Shown here in pieces: positions 1 to 8,517 of a stretch of 64,000 bases of DNA. The translations under genes were made by a program, and so were the position numbers. The notes beneath the pieces were generated by a model. It searched no databases. It was not told where the DNA came from and saw only the letters and a list, made by a program, of their open reading frames with translations. The stretch lies in contig SVSL01000002.1 in assembly GCA_015064315.1 (NCBI GenBank), positions 7,159 to 71,158 on the forward strand, read 5' to 3'. Position 1 is the first letter of the stretch; every line of letters begins with the position of its first letter. Source of the DNA: Oscillospiraceae bacterium (lineage in GTDB: Bacteria; Bacillota; Clostridia; Oscillospirales; CAG-272).

Positions 1-70
1 AGGTGCGCGCGATGTTTCCCGTGTTTTGCGGGATCTCCGGCTGGTGAAGAACGATGTTGATCTTACTCAT
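1..70 (-). CDS. trmL: tRNA 2'-O-methyltransferase TrmL (SpoU family), 5' fragment; the gene continues past the left edge
   Basis: The reverse complement of 1..70 reads ATG then MSKINIVLHQPEIPQNTGNIART. This is the characteristic TrmL/YibK N-terminus (PEIPxNTGNIxRT). It is absent from the ORF track because it is truncated. Confidence 0.6.
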   Translation of the reverse strand, partial: MSKINIVLHQPEIPQNTGNIART

Positions 71-355
71 GGTTATGCTCCTCGGCGTGATTTGTTATAC
101 ATCATAGCACATTTTTTGCTTTCTTGCAAGAGAAAATCAAAAAGATTTATTAAAATTTACAATTTGTAATACAATTTCATCCTCTTTTATAGTATAATAG
201 AGTATTATATAGCTTTGCGAAGCCCACGCAGCCGTTCGTTTGAAGGATCAACCGACGGTTTCACGGATTCAACTAACGGATGATTGCTTTTTTGTGCTTT
301 TCATGTTAGAATGATACCGTGACAGAGGGGCAAAAATCGAAAGGAAGTTTACGTC

Positions 356-3118
356 ATGTCTCTTGCTACAAAACTGTTTGGAACTTATAGCCAACGTCAG
401 ATCAAAAAGCTCAACGCGGTTGCCGATTACGTGGATGAATTGGGAGAAAAATACAAGGCGATGAGCAATGCCGAGCTGCAGGCGGTGACACCTGCGCTCA
501 AGGCACGTCTTGCCGCCGGTGAAACGCTGGAGGGGATTCTCCCCGACGCCTTTGCGGCAATCCGCGAGGCGGCAGACCGTGTGCTTGGAAAGCGCCCCTT
601 CCGCGTGCAGATTCTTGGCGGTATCGTTCTGCATCAGGGACGCATTGCCGAAATGAAGACCGGTGAAGGTAAGACCCTTGTGGCGACGCTCCCCGCATAC
701 CTTAACGCATTGACGGGAGAGGGCGTTCACATCGTAACGGTCAACGACTATCTGGCACGCGTGGGTGCCGAGGAAATGGGACGCGTTTATGAGTTTATGG
801 GACTTACCACGGGTCTTGTGGTTCACGGCCAATCCAACGAGGAAAAGCACGCCGCCTACAACGCTGATATCACCTACGGAACCAACAACGAATTTGGATT
901 CGACTATCTGCGTGACAACATGGTGATCTACAAGTCTCAGATGGTACAAAGAGGACACGTGTTTGCCATTGTGGACGAGGTGGACTCGATCCTCATCGAC
1001 GAGGCGCGCACGCCTCTGATCATTTCGGGTATGGGAGACACGGCAACCGATCTCTACCAGCGCACCGAAACGCTGGTTCGCTCCATGAAGAAGTTTGTCA
1101 TCAAGGAGCTGGATCAAAAGGAGAGCCATGATGATATCAATGCCGATTACATCGTGGACGAAAAGGCGAACAACGCCATTCTGACGCCTCGCGGCGCGAA
1201 GAAGGCAGAGGCTTTCTTTGGTGTTGAAAACTTTACCGATGCCGAGAACGCAACCCTTGCTCATCACGTGAATCAAGCCATCAAGGCACACGGCTGCATG
1301 AAGCGTGACGTGGATTACGTGGTCAATGAGAACGGCGTTATGATCGTTGACTCCTTTACGGGTCGTCTTATGCCAGGCAGACGTTATTCCGACGGTCTGC
1401 ATCAGGCAATCGAAGCCAAGGAAGGCGTACAGGTGCAAAAGGAGAACAAGACCCTTGCTACCATCACCTTCCAGAACTATTTCCGTATGTACCGCAAGCT
1501 GTCGGGTATGACGGGTACCGCGCTTACCGAGGAGAACGAATTCCGTGAGATCTATAGCCTTGACGTGGTGGAGATCCCCACCAACAGACCCATGATCCGT
1601 AAGGATCAGAACGACGTGGTCTACCGCAGCATTGACGGAAAGTACAAGGCGATCGTAGAGCAGGTTAAGGAATGCCATGAAAAGGGTCAGCCTGTATTGG
1701 TCGGTACGGTTTCCATTGATAAATCCGAGGAGCTTTCCAAGCGCTTGCGCAACGCGGGCATTCCTCATACCGTTCTGAACGCGAAATATCATGCCAAGGA
1801 AGCCGAGATCGTGGCGCAAGCCGGAAAATTCGGCGCCGTTACCATTTCTACCAACATGGCGGGACGCGGAACCGATATTCTGCTTGGCGGTAATCCCGAA
1901 TTCATGGCAAAGGCGGAGATGCGCTCCAAGGGATATTCCGAGGAGGCAATTCTCAACTGCACCGGTGTTGCCGATACCGAGGATGAGGAGATCCTGGAGG
2001 CTCGCCGTACCTTTGGAGAGCTGGTCAAGCGCTTCAAGGAGGAGATCGCGCCTGAGGCAAAGAAGGTCTGCGAGGCGGGAGGTCTCTTTATTCTGGGTAC
2101 CGAGCGCCACGAGAGCCGTCGTATTGACAATCAGCTTCGCGGTCGTGCGGGACGTCAGGGTGACCCCGGCGAATCTCGCTTCTTCCTCTCCATGGAGGAT
2201 GATCTGATGCGCCTGTTCGGCACCGATCGCCTGCAGGGCATTGTCAGCGCGTTGAAGATGCCCGAGGATATGCCCATTGATGCCAAGATCCTTTCGGGTG
2301 CCATTGAGGGGGCGCAGAAGAGAATTGAGGATTCCAACTTCAAGCGCAGAAGATACGTGCTTTCCTATGATGACGTCATGAATCAGCAACGCAATATCAT
2401 TTACGGTCAGCGTCAGGACGTGCTCAACGGCGAGGATATTTCGGGCACCATTCAGAAGATGATCCTTTCCAACGTGGAGGAGATCGTTTTGGGCTTCACG
2501 CAGAGCGATGATGCGCATGAGTGGGAGCTGGATGCTTTGCGCGCACATTTTATGGGTCTTTTGACAAACGAAGATGATTTCCGATATACCGAGGACGAGC
2601 TGAAGCATATGAAGCGCGACCGTATTGTTGACGAGCTTTGCGAAAGAGCCATGGCTTCCTACGGTGAAAAGGAAAAGCTGTTTGGCACCGAGACCTTCCG
2701 CGAGGTGGAGAGAGCAATTTTGCTCCGCAACGTAGATACCGCTTGGATGGAGCATATCGATATTATGGACGATCTCAAGGGGAACGTGGGCTTGCAGGCT
2801 TATGCGCAGAGAGATCCGATCAATGAATTCCGTATTCAGGGCGCAAATCTTTTTGACGATATGGTAAGTGACATCCGTCAAAAGACGGTCAGAACCATTC
2901 TTTCGGTTGTTCCCAGAGAACAGCCCATCCGCCGCGTACAGGTGGCAAATCCCATCACCGCAGGCTTGGATAGTGGGGAAGGACGCAAAAAGACGGTTGT
3001 GAAGCGCGCTTCCACAACCGTGGTAAAGGATGCCTCTGCAACGGGACGCAACGATCCTTGTCCTTGCGGAAGCGGAAAGAAATATAAAAACTGTTGTATG
3101 CGTAAAAATGAAGGTTGA
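356..3118 (+). CDS. secA: Preprotein translocase ATPase SecA
   Basis: 920-aa ORF with the SecA motor motifs MKTGEGKTL and IVDEVDSILIDEARTPLIISG. The C-terminal zinc motif is CPCGSGKKYKNCC. An SD (aaagga) lies upstream. Confidence 0.97.
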   Translation: MSLATKLFGTYSQRQIKKLNAVADYVDELGEKYKAMSNAELQAVTPALKARLAAGETLEGILPDAFAAIREAADRVLGKRPFRVQILGGIVLHQGRIAEMKTGEGKTLVATLPAYLNALTGEGVHIVTVNDYLARVGAEEMGRVYEFMGLTTGLVVHGQSNEEKHAAYNADITYGTNNEFGFDYLRDNMVIYKSQMVQRGHVFAIVDEVDSILIDEARTPLIISGMGDTATDLYQRTETLVRSMKKFVIKELDQKESHDDINADYIVDEKANNAILTPRGAKKAEAFFGVENFTDAENATLAHHVNQAIKAHGCMKRDVDYVVNENGVMIVDSFTGRLMPGRRYSDGLHQAIEAKEGVQVQKENKTLATITFQNYFRMYRKLSGMTGTALTEENEFREIYSLDVVEIPTNRPMIRKDQNDVVYRSIDGKYKAIVEQVKECHEKGQPVLVGTVSIDKSEELSKRLRNAGIPHTVLNAKYHAKEAEIVAQAGKFGAVTISTNMAGRGTDILLGGNPEFMAKAEMRSKGYSEEAILNCTGVADTEDEEILEARRTFGELVKRFKEEIAPEAKKVCEAGGLFILGTERHESRRIDNQLRGRAGRQGDPGESRFFLSMEDDLMRLFGTDRLQGIVSALKMPEDMPIDAKILSGAIEGAQKRIEDSNFKRRRYVLSYDDVMNQQRNIIYGQRQDVLNGEDISGTIQKMILSNVEEIVLGFTQSDDAHEWELDALRAHFMGLLTNEDDFRYTEDELKHMKRDRIVDELCERAMASYGEKEKLFGTETFREVERAILLRNVDTAWMEHIDIMDDLKGNVGLQAYAQRDPINEFRIQGANLFDDMVSDIRQKTVRTILSVVPREQPIRRVQVANPITAGLDSGEGRKKTVVKRASTTVVKDASATGRNDPCPCGSGKKYKNCCMRKNEG

Positions 3119-3130
3119 TGAGGTGACGTC

Positions 3131-3871
3131 ATGGGCTTTGGATATGTTTTTATCGGCTATTTGACAGCGTTTTTGTTGGAAAATACCGTAAAAGGGCTTG
3201 GCGTTAACGGAGCGGCTGCGCTGATTGGGTACATGGCTATGTTCCTTGGACTTCTTACGCTTTCCCTGTACCACAGTGATTTCAAGGTCGCAAAATGGAG
3301 CTTGATCCCCATGATGATCATCTCCGCTTATAAGCTGTTGATCTCGCTTTCCGAGCTCCTTACTTTTGAAATCGGCATGCTTGCGCATGAAACGGTCAGG
3401 ACGTACGTCGATTGGGGCGAATTTTTCCTCGTCATGCTCTTCCAGATCGCTTTGCTTTACGGCATCCGTATGATCTCCGAGAGCGTCGGTCTCAAGCTGA
3501 TCACCATCAAGGCAACGCGTAATTCGCTTTTCGTAGCTCTTTATGCAGTGGCTTACGTGATCTCCAAGCTGATGACCGAGGGGGATGCCGTGAAGTATCT
3601 GGCACTTTCCATGACGGTTTTGCAGCTGGTGTATATGGTGCTCAATCTGCTTCTGATTGCCAACTGCGCAAAGGATATTTGTCCTGCCGGTGAGGAGGAT
3701 CAGCCCATCAAGCGCTCGCGCTTTGCTTTGATCAACAAGATCGGTGATGCCTACGAGCGCAATCAGCAGCGCGCCGTGGAGAATACCATGCGCGAGGCAG
3801 AGGAAAAGCTTCGCAAGCGTCAGGAAGCAAGGAACAAGAAAAAGATTCAACATCACAAACGCAAGAAATAA
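3131..3871 (+). CDS. Polytopic membrane protein of unknown function with a Lys/Arg-rich C-terminal tail
   Basis: The ORF starts 12 nt after the secA stop and has a GAGGTGA SD. It has several hydrophobic segments and ends in ...RKRQEARNKKKIQHHKRKK. No family was recognised. Confidence 0.6.
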   Translation: MGFGYVFIGYLTAFLLENTVKGLGVNGAAALIGYMAMFLGLLTLSLYHSDFKVAKWSLIPMMIISAYKLLISLSELLTFEIGMLAHETVRTYVDWGEFFLVMLFQIALLYGIRMISESVGLKLITIKATRNSLFVALYAVAYVISKLMTEGDAVKYLALSMTVLQLVYMVLNLLLIANCAKDICPAGEEDQPIKRSRFALINKIGDAYERNQQRAVENTMREAEEKLRKRQEARNKKKIQHHKRKK

Positions 3872-3887
3872 GCGTTGAAAGGAGGGA

Positions 3888-5321
3888 ATGTCGTTGAAGG
3901 TGAAAATCAAAAAGGATATGGGGCTTGGGCTTTTTATGCTCGCCGTCATCTTTTTGTGTAATCCCATCATTGGGTTTATCGACGTTCTGCCCGACTGCAT
4001 CGGCTTTTTGCTGATTTTTAACGGCCTTCGTTTTGTTGCGGATATGGACGAGCATCTCGAAGCTGCCAAAAAACGCTTTCTGATCCTGTTTTGGGCGGGC
4101 GTTTCGCAGATCGTTTTGCAAATGCTGGTTTACAATTTTTTGCAGGGCGCTCCCGGTGAGGAGACCAATCCTTACGGACTTCCCAGTACTGTTCTCAGTG
4201 TTTCCTTCGTGTGGTTCGTGCTATACGTGGCAGTTCTGATCCCTTCGTTCAAGGAGTTGTTTTTGGGACTTGACCGTCTGTGTGAACGCTTTGGATACGA
4301 GACGGTTTCCTGCAACCGAAAGGGGCGTTCGATTCAAAAGAGCGATGGCGAACGCATGATCAAGAAAACCGCAGCTTTTGTTTTTGTGATCGCGTTGCTG
4401 GGACTTTTGCCGGAGCTGTCGATCCTGACCTCCTTTGAGCATTATGTGGGAAGCTCGACCTTTCGCTTTGACTGGTATGAATTTATTGGAATGTTCCGCA
4501 CCCTTGCCGTGCTTTTTTCGCTTGGATTTTCCGTAGCATGGGTGATTTCCTTCCTGCGTTATTTTGGAAGATTAAAGAAGGACAAGCCTTGGATTGAGCG
4601 TATGAAGGAGCATTACCGCAGGGAGGTGCTTCCCAAAACCGGAATGCTGGCAATGAGACGCTTCTCCGCGGCATTTGTGATTCTTTACGTGGGCATTATT
4701 TTTGCCATTCACTTAAAGATGAACTTTTATGCTTGTCTGCCAGGCGTGATCTTTGCTTTTTTGGTGTGCGCGGGCGTTTCTTCCTTGGGCGATCTGTTAC
4801 CGCCCCAAAGAAATACTTATATTGCCGCAGGGGCATTGGCGCTTTTCAGCGTGGCGCAGATCATTGCCAATCGGATTTATCTTGGTCAGTATCTTCCGGA
4901 TGAATCCTTGTTCAATCCCAATGCGTTTTGGTATTATTTGGTGGTTCAGCTGTTTGAGATTGGCGAGGCGGTCTTTACGGTCGTTTTGGTTGCCTACCTG
5001 TTGCAGACGCTTTACGAGATCGTAAAGGCTTATACCGGCATTCGGTACGGTGGGGAAGAGAGCAAAAGCCTATCCTATTCGGCAACTCAAAAGCTGCATA
5101 ATTCCTTTCGGGTCCGTATGTATGTGATTTTTATTCTGTTTTTTATTTCCGCAGTTGGGAACGTTGCCGATGTGGTGTTGCATTTCCATTTTGGATGGCT
5201 TTGGTTGATTCCTCTTTGTTTTTCGGTGCTCGGAGTTTTCTTCTATCAATCGCTCCAGCACGATCTGTTGGATGAGATCCGCTACCGTTATCAGTCCGAG
5301 GAAGCCTATCCCAAAGAATAA
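3888..5321 (+). CDS. Large polytopic membrane protein of unknown function
   Basis: 477-aa ORF with roughly 10 or more hydrophobic helices, on the same strand and closely spaced after 3131..3871. The ATG sits too close to GGAGGG, so the in-frame TTG at 3894 or GTG at 3900 may be the true start. Confidence 0.6.
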   Translation: MSLKVKIKKDMGLGLFMLAVIFLCNPIIGFIDVLPDCIGFLLIFNGLRFVADMDEHLEAAKKRFLILFWAGVSQIVLQMLVYNFLQGAPGEETNPYGLPSTVLSVSFVWFVLYVAVLIPSFKELFLGLDRLCERFGYETVSCNRKGRSIQKSDGERMIKKTAAFVFVIALLGLLPELSILTSFEHYVGSSTFRFDWYEFIGMFRTLAVLFSLGFSVAWVISFLRYFGRLKKDKPWIERMKEHYRREVLPKTGMLAMRRFSAAFVILYVGIIFAIHLKMNFYACLPGVIFAFLVCAGVSSLGDLLPPQRNTYIAAGALALFSVAQIIANRIYLGQYLPDESLFNPNAFWYYLVVQLFEIGEAVFTVVLVAYLLQTLYEIVKAYTGIRYGGEESKSLSYSATQKLHNSFRVRMYVIFILFFISAVGNVADVVLHFHFGWLWLIPLCFSVLGVFFYQSLQHDLLDEIRYRYQSEEAYPKE

Positions 5322-5402
5322 AAACGGATCGCCAACGTATAAAAGCATTCTTTGCGACGCATACTTTTGATGCAATCTTATAAAAAAGGAGTTACTCAAA
5401 AG

Positions 5403-5561
5403 ATGCAAAACAAGTACCAAAATCAGAACAACAACCAAAACAACAACCAAAACAACAATCAGAATCAGAACAATAACAACCAGAACCAAAATAAGAATCA
5501 GAACAACAATCAGAACAACAATCAGAACAACAATCAGAATCAGAACAAAAACCGTATTTGA
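5403..5561 (+). CDS. Candidate 52-aa Asn/Gln-rich micro-protein (MQNKYQNQNNNQNNNQ...NQNKNRI)
   Basis: The ATG at 5403 is preceded by AAGGAG (5386-5391, 11-nt spacer). The frame stays open through a repeat whose units are multiples of 3 nt. It is on the same strand as all neighbours, and 45 of 52 residues are N or Q. Coding status is unproven. Confidence 0.4.
   Translation: MQNKYQNQNNNQNNNQNNNQNQNNNNQNQNKNQNNNQNNNQNNNQNQNKNRI
5412..5552. repeat. Degenerate tandem repeat built from AAC/AAT/CAA/CAG triplets
   Basis: CAGAACAACAAT occurs three times in tandem at 5499-5534. CAAAACAACAAC-type units occur earlier. The whole stretch contains only A, C and sparse G/T. Confidence 0.9.
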
Positions 5562-5573
5562 GAAATTCTCAAA

Positions 5574-5604
5574 GCCCCTCCACAAGAGGGGTACATACAT
5601 TTTT
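5574..5604 (+). terminator. Weak hairpin or partial terminator between the micro-ORF and the ABC genes
   Basis: gcccctc-cacaa-gaggggt stem-loop at 5574-5592. The T-run (ttttt, 5600-5604) is displaced 8 nt downstream, so this is not a canonical intrinsic terminator. Confidence 0.3.
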
Positions 5605-5622
5605 ACATACGGAGGTTGAATC

Positions 5623-7923
5623 GTGTTTGAGATAGACAACATTCCCTCTGTGGTAACGGATGCGTTACAGGAAAAAAATATCCGAGCGGAGGATATTTTG
5701 CTGGGAGCCTTCTGCGACCGTGATCGTGAGCAGACACCCATTCAATCCTATCTGTTTGCCACAGAGGATCAATTATTGATCCTTTCCGGTGCGATCTCCA
5801 CCGAGGGGAGAGCTCCTCGCGGGAACAAAAAGGAGGCGCGCGTCAAGCGTGTTTGGACGGAGATCGCCTTTGAAGCCTACCCGCTTCGGGAATTGAAATC
5901 GATCCGTGTGGAGGAGCTTCTCTCCACCGGTCGTCTTTGCGCCGAACGCAAGGAGGGGGACGAGCCTCTTTTGCTGGCGTGCTTTACCAATTTTTGCAAG
6001 GATTCCATGCATTTGTTTGCCAAGTACGCGGAGAAGATCTCCAAGGGCGAATTTGAAGGTGTGGATGAAAAGGATGATCCCAAGAGCAAGTGCTGTCCCA
6101 AGTGCGGCATGCGTTACCCGGATAAGAATCGTCGCGTTTGCCCGCGTTGTATGGAAAAGGGAAAGCTTTTTAAGCGTTTCTCGGTTTTCTTTTGGCGCTA
6201 TCGCGTAAGCCTTGCCATTATGGTGGTGTCCTTGGTGGTGATGACAGCCATGAGCATTCTGGCACCCTATCTTTCCAGCGGCTTTTTCTACGATGAGGTG
6301 ATTTACGGAACGGGAAGCTTTGCGGGGGAGATCCTTTTGGTGCTTGGTTTGATCATTTCCACCAAAATATTGAAAACGATCACCACTATGATCAACAACC
6401 GCTTGTCGGCAAAGATTGCCCTGAACATGGTGTTTGATCTGAAAAAGACCATTTTTGGTGCGATCAAGCGACTTTCCTTGAACTTTTTTACCGCCAGACA
6501 AACGGGGGGACTGATGACGCAGGTCAACCAGGACGCTCTTACCATCAATTTCTTCTTCTGCGACGGCGTACCCTATTTCATCATCAACGTGGTGCAGGTC
6601 GTTGTGCTTACCGTACTGCTCTTTATCATTCAGCCCGTGCTGGCGTGCTTTGCGCTGATCACCGTTCCGGTGTTTTTGGTCTTTGTGCGCTGGATGTATG
6701 CGGGAATGAGACGGCTTTACGCCAAGCGCTACTCGGCATCCAGACGAATGAATTCCTTTTTGTCCGACGTGTTTTCCGGTATGCGCGTGGTAAAGGCGTT
6801 CTCAAGGGAGAACGTTGAGGTCAAGCGCTTTTCCGAGCGAAACGAGAGCCTTGCGGGAAGCGACAAGCGATTGGCTCTTTTCAACGGCTTTACAAGACCC
6901 GTTGCATCCTTTGTGCTGGTTCTTGGAAATCTGATCGCATGGGGCGTGGGCGGTTGGATGGTGATGAAGGGGAGTTTCGGACTTACCTACGGTATGCTCC
7001 TTACCTTTATTACATACCTCAATATGATTTTTTCGCCCCTGGAATTCTTTGTGGATTTCTTTGAATGGACTGCCGATTGCACTAACGCCATGAGTCGTTT
7101 GTTTGAGATCATGGATGCTCAGCCCGAGGTTGCCGAAAAGGAGGATGCAATCCATCCCGAAAATCTTTCCGGCAGCGTGGAATTTGATCACGTTTCCTTC
7201 TCCTATCAAAAGGGAAAAAAGATGATCCAGGACGTTAGCTTTACGGTTCCGGAGGGAAGCATCCTCGGCATTGTAGGACACACCGGTGCGGGAAAAAGCA
7301 CCCTTGCCAACCTTCTCATGCGCCTCTATGATGCCGAGGAGGGCGAGATCCGCGTGGGCGGTTATCCCATAAAGGATCTTGCGCTGTCATCGCTTTACGG
7401 TCACATTGCCATCGTTTCCCAGGAGACTTATCTGTTTATGGGAACCATTCTTGAAAATATCCGCTACGCAAAGCCCGAGGCGACCTTTGAGGAGGTTGTG
7501 GAGGCTGCAAAATTTGCGGGCGCTCACGAATTTATTATGAAGCTTCCCGATGCTTATCATACACGCATCGGCTTTGGATATCAGGATCTTTCGGGCGGAG
7601 AGCGTCAGCGGATTTCCATTGCCCGTGCCATTCTCAAGGATCCCAAGATCCTCATTCTCGACGAGGCTACTGCCGCCATGGATACCGGTACCGAGCGTAA
7701 GATTCAGGAGGCGTTGACGCAGCTGATCAAGGGGAAGACCACCATTATGATCGCGCACCGCCTTTCTACCTTGCGGGATGCCGATCAGCTTGTGGTGATC
7801 GAGCACGGTAAGGTGGCAGAGTCGGGCACTCACGAGGAGCTTTTGGCAAAGGAGAACGGCGTTTACAAAAAGCTGTTTGATCTCCAGCTGGAGGCACTCA
7901 GAAACGCCGGCATCAGCGAATAG
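5623..7923 (+). CDS. ABC exporter half-transporter (TMD-NBD) with an N-terminal soluble domain and a zinc ribbon
   Basis: The GTG start lies 7 nt after GGAGG. Motifs present: Walker A GHTGAGKST, signature LSGGERQR, Walker B ILILDEAT and IAHRLS. The exporter membrane domain has six TM segments. The N-terminal extension of about 180 aa contains CPKC-x11-CPRC (nt 6091-6150). Confidence 0.9.
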   Translation: MFEIDNIPSVVTDALQEKNIRAEDILLGAFCDRDREQTPIQSYLFATEDQLLILSGAISTEGRAPRGNKKEARVKRVWTEIAFEAYPLRELKSIRVEELLSTGRLCAERKEGDEPLLLACFTNFCKDSMHLFAKYAEKISKGEFEGVDEKDDPKSKCCPKCGMRYPDKNRRVCPRCMEKGKLFKRFSVFFWRYRVSLAIMVVSLVVMTAMSILAPYLSSGFFYDEVIYGTGSFAGEILLVLGLIISTKILKTITTMINNRLSAKIALNMVFDLKKTIFGAIKRLSLNFFTARQTGGLMTQVNQDALTINFFFCDGVPYFIINVVQVVVLTVLLFIIQPVLACFALITVPVFLVFVRWMYAGMRRLYAKRYSASRRMNSFLSDVFSGMRVVKAFSRENVEVKRFSERNESLAGSDKRLALFNGFTRPVASFVLVLGNLIAWGVGGWMVMKGSFGLTYGMLLTFITYLNMIFSPLEFFVDFFEWTADCTNAMSRLFEIMDAQPEVAEKEDAIHPENLSGSVEFDHVSFSYQKGKKMIQDVSFTVPEGSILGIVGHTGAGKSTLANLLMRLYDAEEGEIRVGGYPIKDLALSSLYGHIAIVSQETYLFMGTILENIRYAKPEATFEEVVEAAKFAGAHEFIMKLPDAYHTRIGFGYQDLSGGERQRISIARAILKDPKILILDEATAAMDTGTERKIQEALTQLIKGKTTIMIAHRLSTLRDADQLVVIEHGKVAESGTHEELLAKENGVYKKLFDLQLEALRNAGISE

Positions 7924-7944
7924 GAGAGAAAGGAGATTTTTGCC

Positions 7945-8505
7945 ATGAAAAAAGAGACCGAAGCTCTTTCCAAGGAAGAAAAGAAAGAGAAAAAAGAAAA
8001 AAAGGAAAGAACGCTGGCAGATCTTGCGGTCACCAACTGGCTGACCCCCGAGAACGCTTCTTTCTACATGAAAAACGGATTTTTGTACATCAAGCAGGGC
8101 GAGACGGAGGAGCGTGCGTTCCTCTACCGTCAATTTCCCTTTGAGGTTCAGTGGGAGTTTATCTCGGTTATGAACGGTGATAAGCAGGAGATTGGGATTC
8201 TGCGCGAGCTGGAGCAATTTGACGGGGAGACCAAGGAACTTCTCATCAAGGAGCTGACACGCAGATATTATACCCCGGTCATTAAACGGATCCTTTCCAT
8301 GAAGGAACGCTACGGCTTTTCCTATTGGAAGGTCACAACGACCGACGGCGATATCAGCTTTACGCTTCAGGATACCTTCCGCAGTATCATTCGCATGGGA
8401 GAAAATCGACTGTTGCTTTTGGACGTGAACGGAAACCGTTTTGAAATTCCCGACGTTACGGCGTTGGACCGAAAGAGCTATAAGAAAATCGAGCTTTATT
8501 TGTAA
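7945..8505 (+). CDS. DUF1854-type accessory protein of ABC exporters
   Basis: 186-aa soluble ORF lying 21 nt after the first ABC gene and 12 nt before the second. It has a Lys/Glu-rich N-terminus followed by ...FLYIKQGETEERAFLYRQFPFE.... I recognise this as the DUF1854 family from memory, and it needs HMM confirmation. Confidence 0.6.
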   Translation: MKKETEALSKEEKKEKKEKKERTLADLAVTNWLTPENASFYMKNGFLYIKQGETEERAFLYRQFPFEVQWEFISVMNGDKQEIGILRELEQFDGETKELLIKELTRRYYTPVIKRILSMKERYGFSYWKVTTTDGDISFTLQDTFRSIIRMGENRLLLLDVNGNRFEIPDVTALDRKSYKKIELYL

Positions 8506-8517
8506 GGAGGCGATCTT

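Noticed and set aside
269-4069. 1266-aa ORF on the minus strand covering secA and the next gene
   Set aside because: It is antisense to an unmistakable secA. It has no motifs and a low-complexity, odd composition, and it spans two plus-strand genes. It is a typical long shadow ORF in moderately GC-rich coding DNA.
5403-5622. Classical leader-peptide transcription attenuator (his/trp type) as the explanation for the N/Q ORF
   Set aside because: I could not find the required alternative antiterminator and terminator pairings. The only downstream hairpin is 6-7 bp, with its T-run displaced by 8 nt. The idea is kept only as a minor alternative in the main finding.
5070-5741. 223-aa minus-strand ORF with a long V/L/I-only stretch (VLILIVVLIVVLIVVL...)
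   Set aside because: It is the reverse-complement reading of the AAC/CAG repeat. It overlaps the 3' end of the 3888..5321 gene and the 5' end of the ABC gene. It has no SD and opposes the orientation of the whole cluster.
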